This document shows, in pieces, positions 19,532 to 28,276 of a DNA stretch of 55,092 nt. The notes below the pieces were generated by a model, which did not search any database, was not told the DNA's origin, and was given only the letters and a program-made list of their open reading frames with translations. Position 1 is the first letter of the stretch. Each line of letters begins with the position of its first letter. This DNA is from Myxococcales bacterium UBA4248 (GTDB taxonomy: Bacteria > Myxococcota_A > Bradymonadia > UBA4248). The position numbers were made by a program, and so were the translations under genes. Location: positions 1 through 55,092 of the forward strand of contig DGWW01000224.1 in NCBI GenBank assembly GCA_002395385.1. Reading direction: 5' to 3'.

Positions 19532-19543
19532 CTTATACCTCCA

Positions 19544-20383
19544 TTACCCCTTATGCCATGACCACATGCATGTGCGTTCAATTCCGTTGTTTAGTCTCTT
19601 TTCCCAGTCTTTTCGATAATTATTCAGCCTAATTTCCAAATGTTCTTCCGTTGTCCCCGTATTCTGCCCATGACATGTCATGATTGATGCAGTGTCATTC
19701 ACAAGCCAGTCTTCGGTTGCAGAAAACCACACTTTTTTAAATTTAGAGTTTCCTCTAAATGCATGCTCGGCAAAGTCCGCCAAAACCTCATCAGTAGTTG
19801 ATGAATCCTTGGTCTTTCCACGGTATCCCATTATCATGTCCAATCCATATTTAAACGGAAGTTGCCATTGCTGATGAGGACTCGTATGTACGCTATAACA
19901 CGTGGACAAAATTAACCATCTGAGTTTCCCAATATGTACACCATAAGGAGATGTTACCCATTCCCCCATAACAAACTGATTTGAATATGGTGCACACAAA
20001 GCTGAATTCATTTTATGACAAAGCGCTGGAGTATACAATTGTTGATTTGAAACAGTTGGGGCATCTCCATGAGAAGATAACGCATATAATTCAGCATTAT
20101 CGGCATATAAATGGTCTTTCCCCCCAAAATAATCTTCAATCACATCAGTGTTATCAACATTACCATCAAAAAATTTATAGAGTTTATTCATACCTGCTTT
20201 ATTAAGCTGTGTTTGAAGTTGATTAATCTGAGCCTTAGAATAGCTCAACGCACTCGCCGAACATGCACAATCCTTCCATGTTCCCATTGCCTCAAGCATG
20301 TAATGCATACTTGAAAGGTCTTGAGCAAATGATAATGTCGGTAACATTACCATCATAGCAGTAAAATTAACGATTCTGTTCAT
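19544..20383 (-). CDS. Secreted protein of unknown function with a clan-CD-like His/Cys arrangement
   Basis: GGAGG ribosome-binding site before the ATG at 20383. Signal peptide MNRIVNFTAMMVMLPTLSFA. Motifs LYALSSHGD and RWLILSTCYS are 57 residues apart. Confidence 0.6.
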   Translation of the reverse strand: MNRIVNFTAMMVMLPTLSFAQDLSSMHYMLEAMGTWKDCACSASALSYSKAQINQLQTQLNKAGMNKLYKFFDGNVDNTDVIEDYFGGKDHLYADNAELYALSSHGDAPTVSNQQLYTPALCHKMNSALCAPYSNQFVMGEWVTSPYGVHIGKLRWLILSTCYSVHTSPHQQWQLPFKYGLDMIMGYRGKTKDSSTTDEVLADFAEHAFRGNSKFKKVWFSATEDWLVNDTASIMTCHGQNTGTTEEHLEIRLNNYRKDWEKRLNNGIERTCMWSWHKG

Positions 20384-20593
20384 CTTATCCTCCAAAAAAA
20401 CACACACCGCAATTTCAACCACTCTAACCAACCTGCGGTTTTAATTGCTTATCAAAAAAAAGAAACACAATCAAGAAACTTTTACAAAAAGAATCACAAT
20501 AATATATACATTTTGTTACTATATAAACAACAGAAAGCACAGCATCCATGACATGTCCATGTCGTAGACGAAATCGATGTGGAATCGAAAAAA

Positions 20594-20617
20594 CAAAAAA
20601 AGCGCAACCGGAATGCG
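20594..20617 (-). terminator. Terminator of the SH3b/C39-like gene
   Basis: The minus strand reads GCGCA-ttccggt-TGCGC followed by T7. Confidence 0.6.
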
Positions 20618-20690
20618 CATCCCAGAGAAAACCACACGTTCGCTCTGTATGCATCATTCCGATTGCGCATTGCGCGTTGTGAATTGCGAA

Positions 20691-22064
20691 TTATTTAAAC
20701 AGCCACATGTTCTTCATTTCTTTCTTGAATTGCGAGCCATTCTGGGATTTGCGCGTCGCGGATGCCGGGTCATTGGCATAGACCGTCGAACCATCGTATT
20801 TGTAGACGCAAATGTAATGACCGCCCGAAGTCCAATAGCCAGCTCCCATCGAACAAACGGCGAGTGCGCCGTCGGCGAGTTTCGATTTGAGGGTAGACAT
20901 ATCGGTAGTCGCAGTGCAAGACATGCCGTATTTGCCGCCGAGGAACGGGAAGAATCCCCAGGCAGTACCGTCATTGGCGGTACGATAGCCGTTAGCGACG
21001 CACATCGTGCCCAAGGTCACGGGCGTGACGGTATTGTTGCGAAGCGACCAGACGACATCGGCAGCCGAAGTCGGCCCGCAGGCACTCGATTTATAAGTCT
21101 GCGATGCATTGCCCGTGCTGGTAAAGGGCAGACTCGCCCATCGTGAGTCGTACTGTTTGTAGTCGATGGTACCCTTCGAAGTCACGCCGCCGGGGGTGCC
21201 GTCGCCCGAACCGGCCTTGGTGCAGTATTCGGCGCTAATCCACCCCTCTTTGCCTTCGTATTCGATGCGGTACCAGCCATCTTTTTCTTCGAGGACTTTT
21301 GCGGAGGCTCCCTGAGAAAGCGAGCCAATTTTATCGTAATTCGTACCGGGGCCCGTGCGAACATTCAGGGATGATGCCGTAATAATGACATCGAATGACG
21401 AACTGCTCGAGGGCGTCTCGGAAGGCGTTTCGGGAACAACCGCCGGATCGCCCCCTGTAATCTCGATATAATCGGCACTGACATAACCAACGCCGCCATT
21501 ATATTCAATTTTATACCAGTTGCCTTCTTTTTCGATCACTGTGACCGTGGCACCGGGCCCGAGGGATCCTATCTTGTCGTAATTGGTACCAGGACCATTG
21601 CGAACGTTGAGCGAACTCGTCACATTGACGACTTTGCCGGTCTGCGTCGTTTTCTCAGGTTCGGATGGCGTCTCGGTCGGCTGCGGTGTTTCGGGTTCCG
21701 GCGTCTGAGGTGTCGGCGTTTCGGGCTCCTGCGTCGTCGTCGCTGCATCCTGGTAGGTCGTGTATTTCTGGCATACATAGCCATAATCCGAACCATATCC
21801 GATCTTAATCCAGTCGCCCTCATCGGCATAAACCGATACGGTCTTACCCTTGGTCAGACCGCCGATGCGCGCATAATTCGTCCCAGGCCCCTGCCGTACA
21901 TTGAGCGCACCACAGGTCACGGTCGCATTTCCAATCGGATCGTTCATCTTGGCAATCGAACTACCGGAACTCCCAGTTTTGCCACTCGAAGACACCGTAC
22001 CGCCTGTCTTTAATCTCGCTGTACTGCCCAGCTTTTTCTGAGCTGCTTTTTTCGTCACTGCCAT
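20691..22064 (-). CDS. Four bacterial SH3 domains plus a C39-like cysteine peptidase domain (cell-wall-binding protein)
   Basis: The module LNVR-GPGTNY-KIG-L--G--V-V-----W-KI-Y-G--GYV occurs four times, separated by Pro/Thr/Glu linkers. The C-terminus has YKSSACGPTSAA and GGHYICVY. Confidence 0.75.
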   Translation of the reverse strand: MAVTKKAAQKKLGSTARLKTGGTVSSSGKTGSSGSSIAKMNDPIGNATVTCGALNVRQGPGTNYARIGGLTKGKTVSVYADEGDWIKIGYGSDYGYVCQKYTTYQDAATTTQEPETPTPQTPEPETPQPTETPSEPEKTTQTGKVVNVTSSLNVRNGPGTNYDKIGSLGPGATVTVIEKEGNWYKIEYNGGVGYVSADYIEITGGDPAVVPETPSETPSSSSSFDVIITASSLNVRTGPGTNYDKIGSLSQGASAKVLEEKDGWYRIEYEGKEGWISAEYCTKAGSGDGTPGGVTSKGTIDYKQYDSRWASLPFTSTGNASQTYKSSACGPTSAADVVWSLRNNTVTPVTLGTMCVANGYRTANDGTAWGFFPFLGGKYGMSCTATTDMSTLKSKLADGALAVCSMGAGYWTSGGHYICVYKYDGSTVYANDPASATRKSQNGSQFKKEMKNMWLFK

Positions 22065-22212
22065 GGTATTTTCTCCTTATATCAATTACCCTATACACCA
22101 TCTATAAGAATACACGGAATAACACTTTTTTTAAACATAAATTGTATTTATTTTGGTATCGTTACGATATAAGCTAAAATGGATTTCGCATGATGCGATT
22201 TGTGAAACACGG

Positions 22213-24675
22213 ATGTTGATTATGCCTAAAAGATTGCCGATTATTACACGCTTACTTGTTTACTGTGCCCTTCCCATGCTGGGGTGGGGACTGGCGCTCA
22301 CTTCGGGCTGTGCCGCCCCGGCTGCGGCCGACAAAGACCCCGTACAAAAAGAGCCCATCCAGAGGGAAATCGTCACAATTTCGGCAGAACAGGCCCAGGA
22401 AATCGCCACCGCACAAAAAGCGCTCAAAACAGAGCGACACGACGGCGTCCTCGAAAACGACGGCCAGTGCAAACCACTCCTGTTGACCACCCCCATCTTT
22501 GCAAATGATGCCGCACTCAAAGCTTGGCAAACCTACCAAAATGGCCAATTTGCCGATGCATCTGCGCAATTCGATGCACTCACCAAAGACCCATCGCTCT
22601 CTAAGTCCGACCTGCAAAAAGTCTATTTCCTTGCGGCTCTGGCTGCTCAAAAAAACGGCGATGCCGCTACAGCTGTCGCCCAGATGAAAAAAGCCCACGA
22701 GTTCTCCGCACCACTCCAGCACGCATCCGCCGTGTACGGCACAAAATTCGGCTACGAAGCCCAAAAATGGAGCGAAATCGTCGATTTTACCGAAACACTC
22801 CTTTCCTCCGATGATTACCGCACCTATCGCGGCATCGCACTCACCAATCTCGGCAAATACGAAGCAGCTATCTCCGAATTTGAACGCATCGAAAAATATC
22901 CCAAAAACATCCGACTCGATGCCCTCGATGCCAAAGCCCGTGCACAATCCGAAACCTCACAGCTCAAATCCGCACTCGAAACCTACCGGCGCATCTACGA
23001 ACTCGATCCCAATTCCCCTCAAGGCCAGGTCGCCCAGGATGCAATACTCGCGCAAAAAGACAAGTGGCCCAAAGGCTTTGTCTTTCCAAGACCCACGCAA
23101 AAAACAGACACATCCAAATCGGCTCGCGAAATTGCCGAGGGACACTTCAATGCCCACCGCTCCGAAAAAGCCATTGCCGCTTACACCAAACTCCTCAAGG
23201 ATGACAAGGCTCGCAAGGATATCCCCAAAATATGCGACGATCTCTACGGCATTGCACGAAGCCACGTCAAACTCAGGGCACACTCCAAATCACTCCCTTT
23301 CTTTAAAGAAGCACTCGAAACCTGCAAAGAGACCGAACTTCACATCAAAATCCTCTACTCCGCTGCCAAAGCCGCCTGGAATGCAGGCGAAAATTCCCAA
23401 GCCATCGCCTGGTACCAGCAAATCATCGACCAATACCCCAAACACTCTTATGCCGACGATGCCTATCACTATCAGGCTCAAATCCTGACCGGACAAAATA
23501 AACCCGACGAAGCACGAGAAAAACTCAACGCACAAATCAAGGCCTATCCCGATGGCGACATGGCCAAAGATGCCTACTGGATGCTGCTCTCTGATCTCCT
23601 CGATCGCGGCGAAAATGCCCAGGCTGTCGCCTTTGTCGACGAAAACATCGAACATGCTGGCGAGTCTGATCTATATTCCCAGGGCAGACTGCGGTATTTT
23701 CAGGGACGCGCCTACGAAAAGCTCAACAATATAGAAGCTGCTGTCCAGAACTACCTCAAAATTCTCGACGAATACCCGCTGTCCTACTATGCCATGCTCT
23801 CCATGGGTCGCCTCGAAGCCATCGACGCCACACAAGCCAAAACTTGGCTCGAAACCTATCGAACCACAGTCTATCGACCCGATCAGGCCCTCGATTATTG
23901 TTTTCAGGTCATTGAAGACGAAACCTCCTTCCTGGCCGCACAGTCCCTCACACAACTCGGACTCTACACCGATGCACTCGCCGAAATCGACCCGCTACTC
24001 GCCAGTACAGATGCACGCGTCACCTACGAAGCACGACTCGCCCGCGCCATCCTCCTCCAAAAGAATGGACAGATATCGGACAGCGCACGACTCGCCGCTG
24101 GCCTGCTCAACCCGCAGCAGGACCTCGTCTATCACAGCTATGCACCATGGATACTGGCTTATCCCAAACCCTGGTCGCAAATCGTAACCACAGCCGCCAA
24201 GCCCGAATCGACGCTCTATTACACGACTTACGCCATCATGCGCGAAGAGAGCTACTACAATCCAAAAGCCGAATCCTGGGCCAATGCACGCGGCCTCATG
24301 CAGCTTATGCTTCCGACCGCACAGTCGAGCGCCTCCGACGCAGGTCTCCCCAAACCTTCGGCATCCGATCTCTTCAAACCAGAAATCTCCATACCCATCG
24401 GCGCTTCGTACATCGACAAACTCAACCGCATCCTCGTACCACACCCCATGTTCGTTCTCCCCGGCTACAATGCCGGACAAGGCAACGTCGGCAAATGGAT
24501 GACCCGATTCGCAGATATCGAAGTCGACACCTACGTCGAAAAAATCCCCTTCAAAGAAGCCCGACATTACGCAAAACGCGTCGGCACGACCCTTTGGCGC
24601 TACCGCTGGCTCTACGACCAAAATATGCCCAAACTCTTCGACCCCGCGCAAAAAGTCGGCGAGCTAAAACAATGA
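22213..24675 (+). CDS. Soluble lytic murein transglycosylase (Slt70-like, TPR/superhelical N-domain + SLT domain)
   Basis: SLT catalytic segment AIMREESYYNPKAESWANARGLMQLMLPTA and a long TPR-like N-terminus. TGA stop. The start may be 22213 or 22222. Confidence 0.85.
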   Translation: MLIMPKRLPIITRLLVYCALPMLGWGLALTSGCAAPAAADKDPVQKEPIQREIVTISAEQAQEIATAQKALKTERHDGVLENDGQCKPLLLTTPIFANDAALKAWQTYQNGQFADASAQFDALTKDPSLSKSDLQKVYFLAALAAQKNGDAATAVAQMKKAHEFSAPLQHASAVYGTKFGYEAQKWSEIVDFTETLLSSDDYRTYRGIALTNLGKYEAAISEFERIEKYPKNIRLDALDAKARAQSETSQLKSALETYRRIYELDPNSPQGQVAQDAILAQKDKWPKGFVFPRPTQKTDTSKSAREIAEGHFNAHRSEKAIAAYTKLLKDDKARKDIPKICDDLYGIARSHVKLRAHSKSLPFFKEALETCKETELHIKILYSAAKAAWNAGENSQAIAWYQQIIDQYPKHSYADDAYHYQAQILTGQNKPDEAREKLNAQIKAYPDGDMAKDAYWMLLSDLLDRGENAQAVAFVDENIEHAGESDLYSQGRLRYFQGRAYEKLNNIEAAVQNYLKILDEYPLSYYAMLSMGRLEAIDATQAKTWLETYRTTVYRPDQALDYCFQVIEDETSFLAAQSLTQLGLYTDALAEIDPLLASTDARVTYEARLARAILLQKNGQISDSARLAAGLLNPQQDLVYHSYAPWILAYPKPWSQIVTTAAKPESTLYYTTYAIMREESYYNPKAESWANARGLMQLMLPTAQSSASDAGLPKPSASDLFKPEISIPIGASYIDKLNRILVPHPMFVLPGYNAGQGNVGKWMTRFADIEVDTYVEKIPFKEARHYAKRVGTTLWRYRWLYDQNMPKLFDPAQKVGELKQ

Positions 24676-24691
24676 TGCTTTTTTGGGGCAC

Positions 24692-24807
24692 GTGCTATCG
24701 AGGCAGAGACGTTTCACGTCTCTGCCTCAATACGCACGGTGTTTGGCGCTCTGCCCTTCGGGCATACGCGCCAAAGCGCGGCTATCTGCGATACGCCGCG
24801 TTTTTTT
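24692..24807. repeat. REP frame copy (GTGCTAT...ATACGCAC...GGCGCT...ATACGCGCC) plus a terminal hairpin/terminator
   Basis: 13-bp palindrome gaggcagagacgt-ttc-acgtctctgcctc inside the frame. The last unit, cgcggctatctgcgatacgccgcg + T7, probably terminates slt. Confidence 0.8.
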
Positions 24808-24896
24808 ATCCCAATCATCACAGCAAATCTCACACAAACAAAATGATTCTGCTATACTGAATACTGGCACAATAAAAGCCATAAGGAGGTCATTCG

Positions 24897-25762
24897 ATGT
24901 CGCAGATCAATCGTGAATACAAAGACAGGCTTTTCACCTTTATATTTGGTCGCGAAGAAAACCGCGAGTGGGCATTGAGCCTTTACAATGCGGTCAATGG
25001 CTCCCACTATACGGATGCATCAGCCATCCAGTTCACGACAATTAAAGAAGTGATCTACAGGGCATGCACAACGATGTGTCGTTCATCATTGCCAATGAGC
25101 TCAATCTCTACGAGCAACAGTCATCCTACAATCCCAATATGCCGGTACGTCAGTTCCTGTATGCCGCAAAATTGATCGAGCAATATCTTGCACCAATTCA
25201 AAAACGGCTCTACTGGACAGCCTTGGTGAAAATACCGGCTCCAAAGCTCATCGTATTCTACAACGGCAAAGATACGTTAAATGACGAGACTTTTCTCAGA
25301 CTGAGTGACGCCTTTTATGAAGGTACCATAGGCGATATCGAAGCCACGGTTTGCATGCTTAATATTAACTACGGGCGAAACGAAACGCTGGCAAAAGCAT
25401 GCAAACCTTTGAAGGAATATGCCTGGATCGTTGATAAAATTCGCATATATGCCAAACAGATGCCTATCGAGAATGCAGTCGACAAAACCATTACAGAAAT
25501 GCCAGACGCATTTCTTCTAAAAACTTTTCTACTCAAACACAAAGCGGAGGTCAAAGGTATGATTCTCACGGAATATAATGAACTTGAACACGAAGAATTC
25601 GTCAGAACAATGGAACGCGCAGAAGGAAAAGCAGAAGGAAAAGCAGAAGATATTATGAATATGATGCAAAAGCTTAAACTTTCGTTTGAGCAAGCGGCAG
25701 AAATTTTAAACATCTCCGTCGAAGATTACCCGTTCTATAAGAAGGCCATTGCCAAGATGTGA
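24897..25762 (+). pseudogene. Rpn-family recombination-promoting nuclease / PD-(D/E)XK putative transposase, one frameshift
   Basis: The N-part (SQINREYKDRLFTFIFG...TTIKEVIY) and C-part (MHNDVSFIIANELNLYEQQSSYNPNMP...) are contiguous family sequence in two frames. Restoring one base at ~25059 (tacaggg -> tacatggg) gives VIYMGMHNDV. Confidence 0.75.
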
Positions 25763-25803
25763 TCATGGATAAAATGGCCTATTGAGAGTATATTATGTTC
25801 ACT

Positions 25804-27066
25804 TTATTTTACAATCCCTGACAACTCCAGACCTGCGCACGTTTCGGGCAATTCCGACAAATCGTATGAAAAAGTCTCTTTGCTATCAGGCATTTGAAAA
25901 GTAACGCGTTTTGCAGTGAATAACCTTTGTAGAAGCTTCTTTTCTGAATTTAAGAATATTGTAGTGATTGATCCTGCCCCCATTGTGTATGAATTACTAA
26001 TTGGCTTTTCATCATTAAATTTAAGGCGAATCCTATGATTCCAATAGGAAGGCCATTGAATTCCTCTGGAATTTAGTATAATTTCAGGCGTATTATGATT
26101 CTTTTGCCTTATAACCATCACAGGAGCTTCTTTATTATCTCTATCCAAATCAAGTTTTAGTTTTGCGTATACTTTATTTGGAGAAACACTGCTGCAGAAT
26201 CGATACGTCATATTATCAAAAGCATCGGTTTCCTCTTTGTATTCCCAATTATTCAGTTTTCTATGTTCAATTTGATCCGCACATTCTTTAATGTTGCCTG
26301 ATGCAATATGACTGATTATAGTATTGTTATCATTAATGATGAATAGCTTTATATCATGTTCACTATTCAAGACGTCACTATATTGTTTCTCAGTCAGCCT
26401 TAAAAACGGACGCCCCTTAAGATTTTCGTAAATGACGTTCTCCGGTGGTTGTGATCCTGATTGAATCTGTATAATCGGCTTTCCGTTTGACGTAATGATT
26501 TCATGTTTGCTAAATCCCATAACTGGAGCAAGCATTTCGTCTCTGTACAATGCCACGGTCGGTGGTGTATCATAGATTATACCTGATGATGCACTTATAC
26601 TTTTTACAACAATTAAGCACATACCTTTAGGAGATGTATCATCAGGCTCGACATAATTCCAATGTGAAGCTACGTGAACAATTTGTTCAATCTCTTTTTT
26701 GGCCTGTGTGTAGCTCAGATTTCCAGTTTCGAACATACGTCCTGTTTCTGTTATTTCTTTAATTGTGAATTCCTTATATTTTTCCAGCAATTTTTGTATT
26801 TCTGCGTGTTCTAATTCTATTCTTTTTTTCTTCTCTTTTTCGTATTTATTCTTTACTTCTTCTGATTTTTCAAGAAATTCTTTTATTTCTCTTTCTATCT
26901 CCGAATTATCAGAGACTGCGCCTTCATTTGTGGTTGATACTGTCGAATTGTTTGTTGTGTCATCATTCAAATCTTGAGGCGAATGACATCCCACAAAAAA
27001 CAACAACATACAGATTTTCAGCACACATACTTTCACATAATAATATTTATTGCATTCGTTTTTCAT
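25804..27066 (-). CDS. AT-rich lipoprotein of unknown function
   Basis: AAAGGAG ribosome-binding site before the ATG at 27066. Lipobox FFVGC and a Lys/Glu-rich coiled segment. I recognise no domain. Confidence 0.6.
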   Translation of the reverse strand: MKNECNKYYYVKVCVLKICMLLFFVGCHSPQDLNDDTTNNSTVSTTNEGAVSDNSEIEREIKEFLEKSEEVKNKYEKEKKKRIELEHAEIQKLLEKYKEFTIKEITETGRMFETGNLSYTQAKKEIEQIVHVASHWNYVEPDDTSPKGMCLIVVKSISASSGIIYDTPPTVALYRDEMLAPVMGFSKHEIITSNGKPIIQIQSGSQPPENVIYENLKGRPFLRLTEKQYSDVLNSEHDIKLFIINDNNTIISHIASGNIKECADQIEHRKLNNWEYKEETDAFDNMTYRFCSSVSPNKVYAKLKLDLDRDNKEAPVMVIRQKNHNTPEIILNSRGIQWPSYWNHRIRLKFNDEKPISNSYTMGAGSITTIFLNSEKKLLQRLFTAKRVTFQMPDSKETFSYDLSELPETCAGLELSGIVK

Positions 27067-27112
27067 GATACATACTCCTTTTAATCTAACAATTGTATTT
27101 TTACCTAAGTCA

Positions 27113-27283
27113 TCACCATTTTGTGCTAGTATGCTTGCCTGCATCACGTTCCTTTGAATCAATTTTTTTATCAAATGCATGAGTAAAATGATACCACATT
27201 AGGTTAGCTCTGATACATATATATGTATCATACGTGATTAAAATCGATATTATAACAATCCAAATTTTTAATTTTTTGTCCAT
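27113..27283 (-). CDS. Possible 56-aa small membrane protein
   Basis: AAGGAG ribosome-binding site 7 nt before the ATG. Hydrophobic helix IWIVIISILITY. It is below the ORF-track length cutoff and has no homology support. Confidence 0.3.
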   Translation of the reverse strand: MDKKLKIWIVIISILITYDTYICIRANLMWYHFTHAFDKKIDSKERDAGKHTSTKW

Positions 27284-27392
27284 ACGTTTTCTCCTTATTT
27301 TTGTGTTACCATAAGCAGAAACTGCTTATAGCGAAAAAAAAATATTAATACATGTTGAGCGATGTAAAATAGACTTCAGACTCGTACTATTT

Positions 27393-27980
27393 CTACTTCC
27401 CTCGATGCTCCCGTAACCCCAGCCGCTCGGCGGCCTGGACGGTGCACCAAATGCCGTGTTTGGGTGAAATGTACAGCGAACGATTCTTGTTGAGCGCTCC
27501 TCGAATGGTTTCGGCGCGAAGATGCAGAATTTGCGCGCATACCCTGCACAGCAGCTGCACGCGCACGGGCTTGTCGAGCTGTGCCATCAAAGTGTAGAGC
27601 CGCTGATTGGGCTTTAATGTGGGATAGGCCGGATTTTTTAGTACTTCCCTGGCGGCTGCAGTGATGCAGTTTTCGCTGCATAAATCCGACTCTCCAAACT
27701 CAAGTTGTGGGATAACATGCTGCGGTGCGGCGTCTTCTAAAGGCTCGCTCTCTTTAAAAATCAGCCGTGCATTAAAGGCATCCTTGTCCCGGCAGCATTG
27801 CGTCAGCTCGAGATTGACTGCCCCTTTGGTCCGAATCAAACGCTGCAAATGACGATAGCTGCGCTTTGCCCAGGCCGATGCTCTCGATGGCATGATAAAT
27901 TGTATTCGTATCGGCTGATATTTCATCTCCATACCCCGCAAATAATAGATATGCAGTTCGACATAGATATGCCAATGCAT
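27393..27980 (-). CDS. Hypothetical protein with a C-terminal wHTH-like motif shared with the 499-aa neighbour
   Basis: The C-terminus ETIRGALNKNRSLYISPKHGIWCTVQAAERLG aligns with KSISRVLKDYDAKFYSCENSGKRGFWCCREVAIKLG of 28277-29776. The start codon is uncertain. Confidence 0.5.
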   Translation of the reverse strand: MHWHIYVELHIYYLRGMEMKYQPIRIQFIMPSRASAWAKRSYRHLQRLIRTKGAVNLELTQCCRDKDAFNARLIFKESEPLEDAAPQHVIPQLEFGESDLCSENCITAAAREVLKNPAYPTLKPNQRLYTLMAQLDKPVRVQLLCRVCAQILHLRAETIRGALNKNRSLYISPKHGIWCTVQAAERLGLREHRGK

Positions 27981-28060
27981 GCCCGTGTGGTGCTTTCCAG
28001 ACTGCGCGGCATACGAGGAAAGCGTTTCATTTATTCAGATTATGAAACGAAATTCAATGT

Positions 28061-28141
28061 GATCGTTTTTAGATCATGTGATGATCCAAATCGTGATATT
28101 TGAATGATCCGTTTTTACGTATCAATGATCCAAAATAGATC
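28061..28141. promoter_or_regulatory. GATC-dense iteron-like array upstream of 27393-27980
   Basis: Six GATC sites lie within 81 bp. ATGATCC repeats at 28081, 28104 and 28125, with 23- and 21-bp spacing. Confidence 0.6.
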
Positions 28142-28276
28142 ATTCCATTATGCCCAAATCATGGGCAAACGCCATGCATTCAGCTATGACAGAGTTGTAT
28201 TTATCCTTGTGCAAATTATATAAATTTGCATCACAGATGCCTGAATCATGGCGCATGATTGCTCAACACATGCCGA

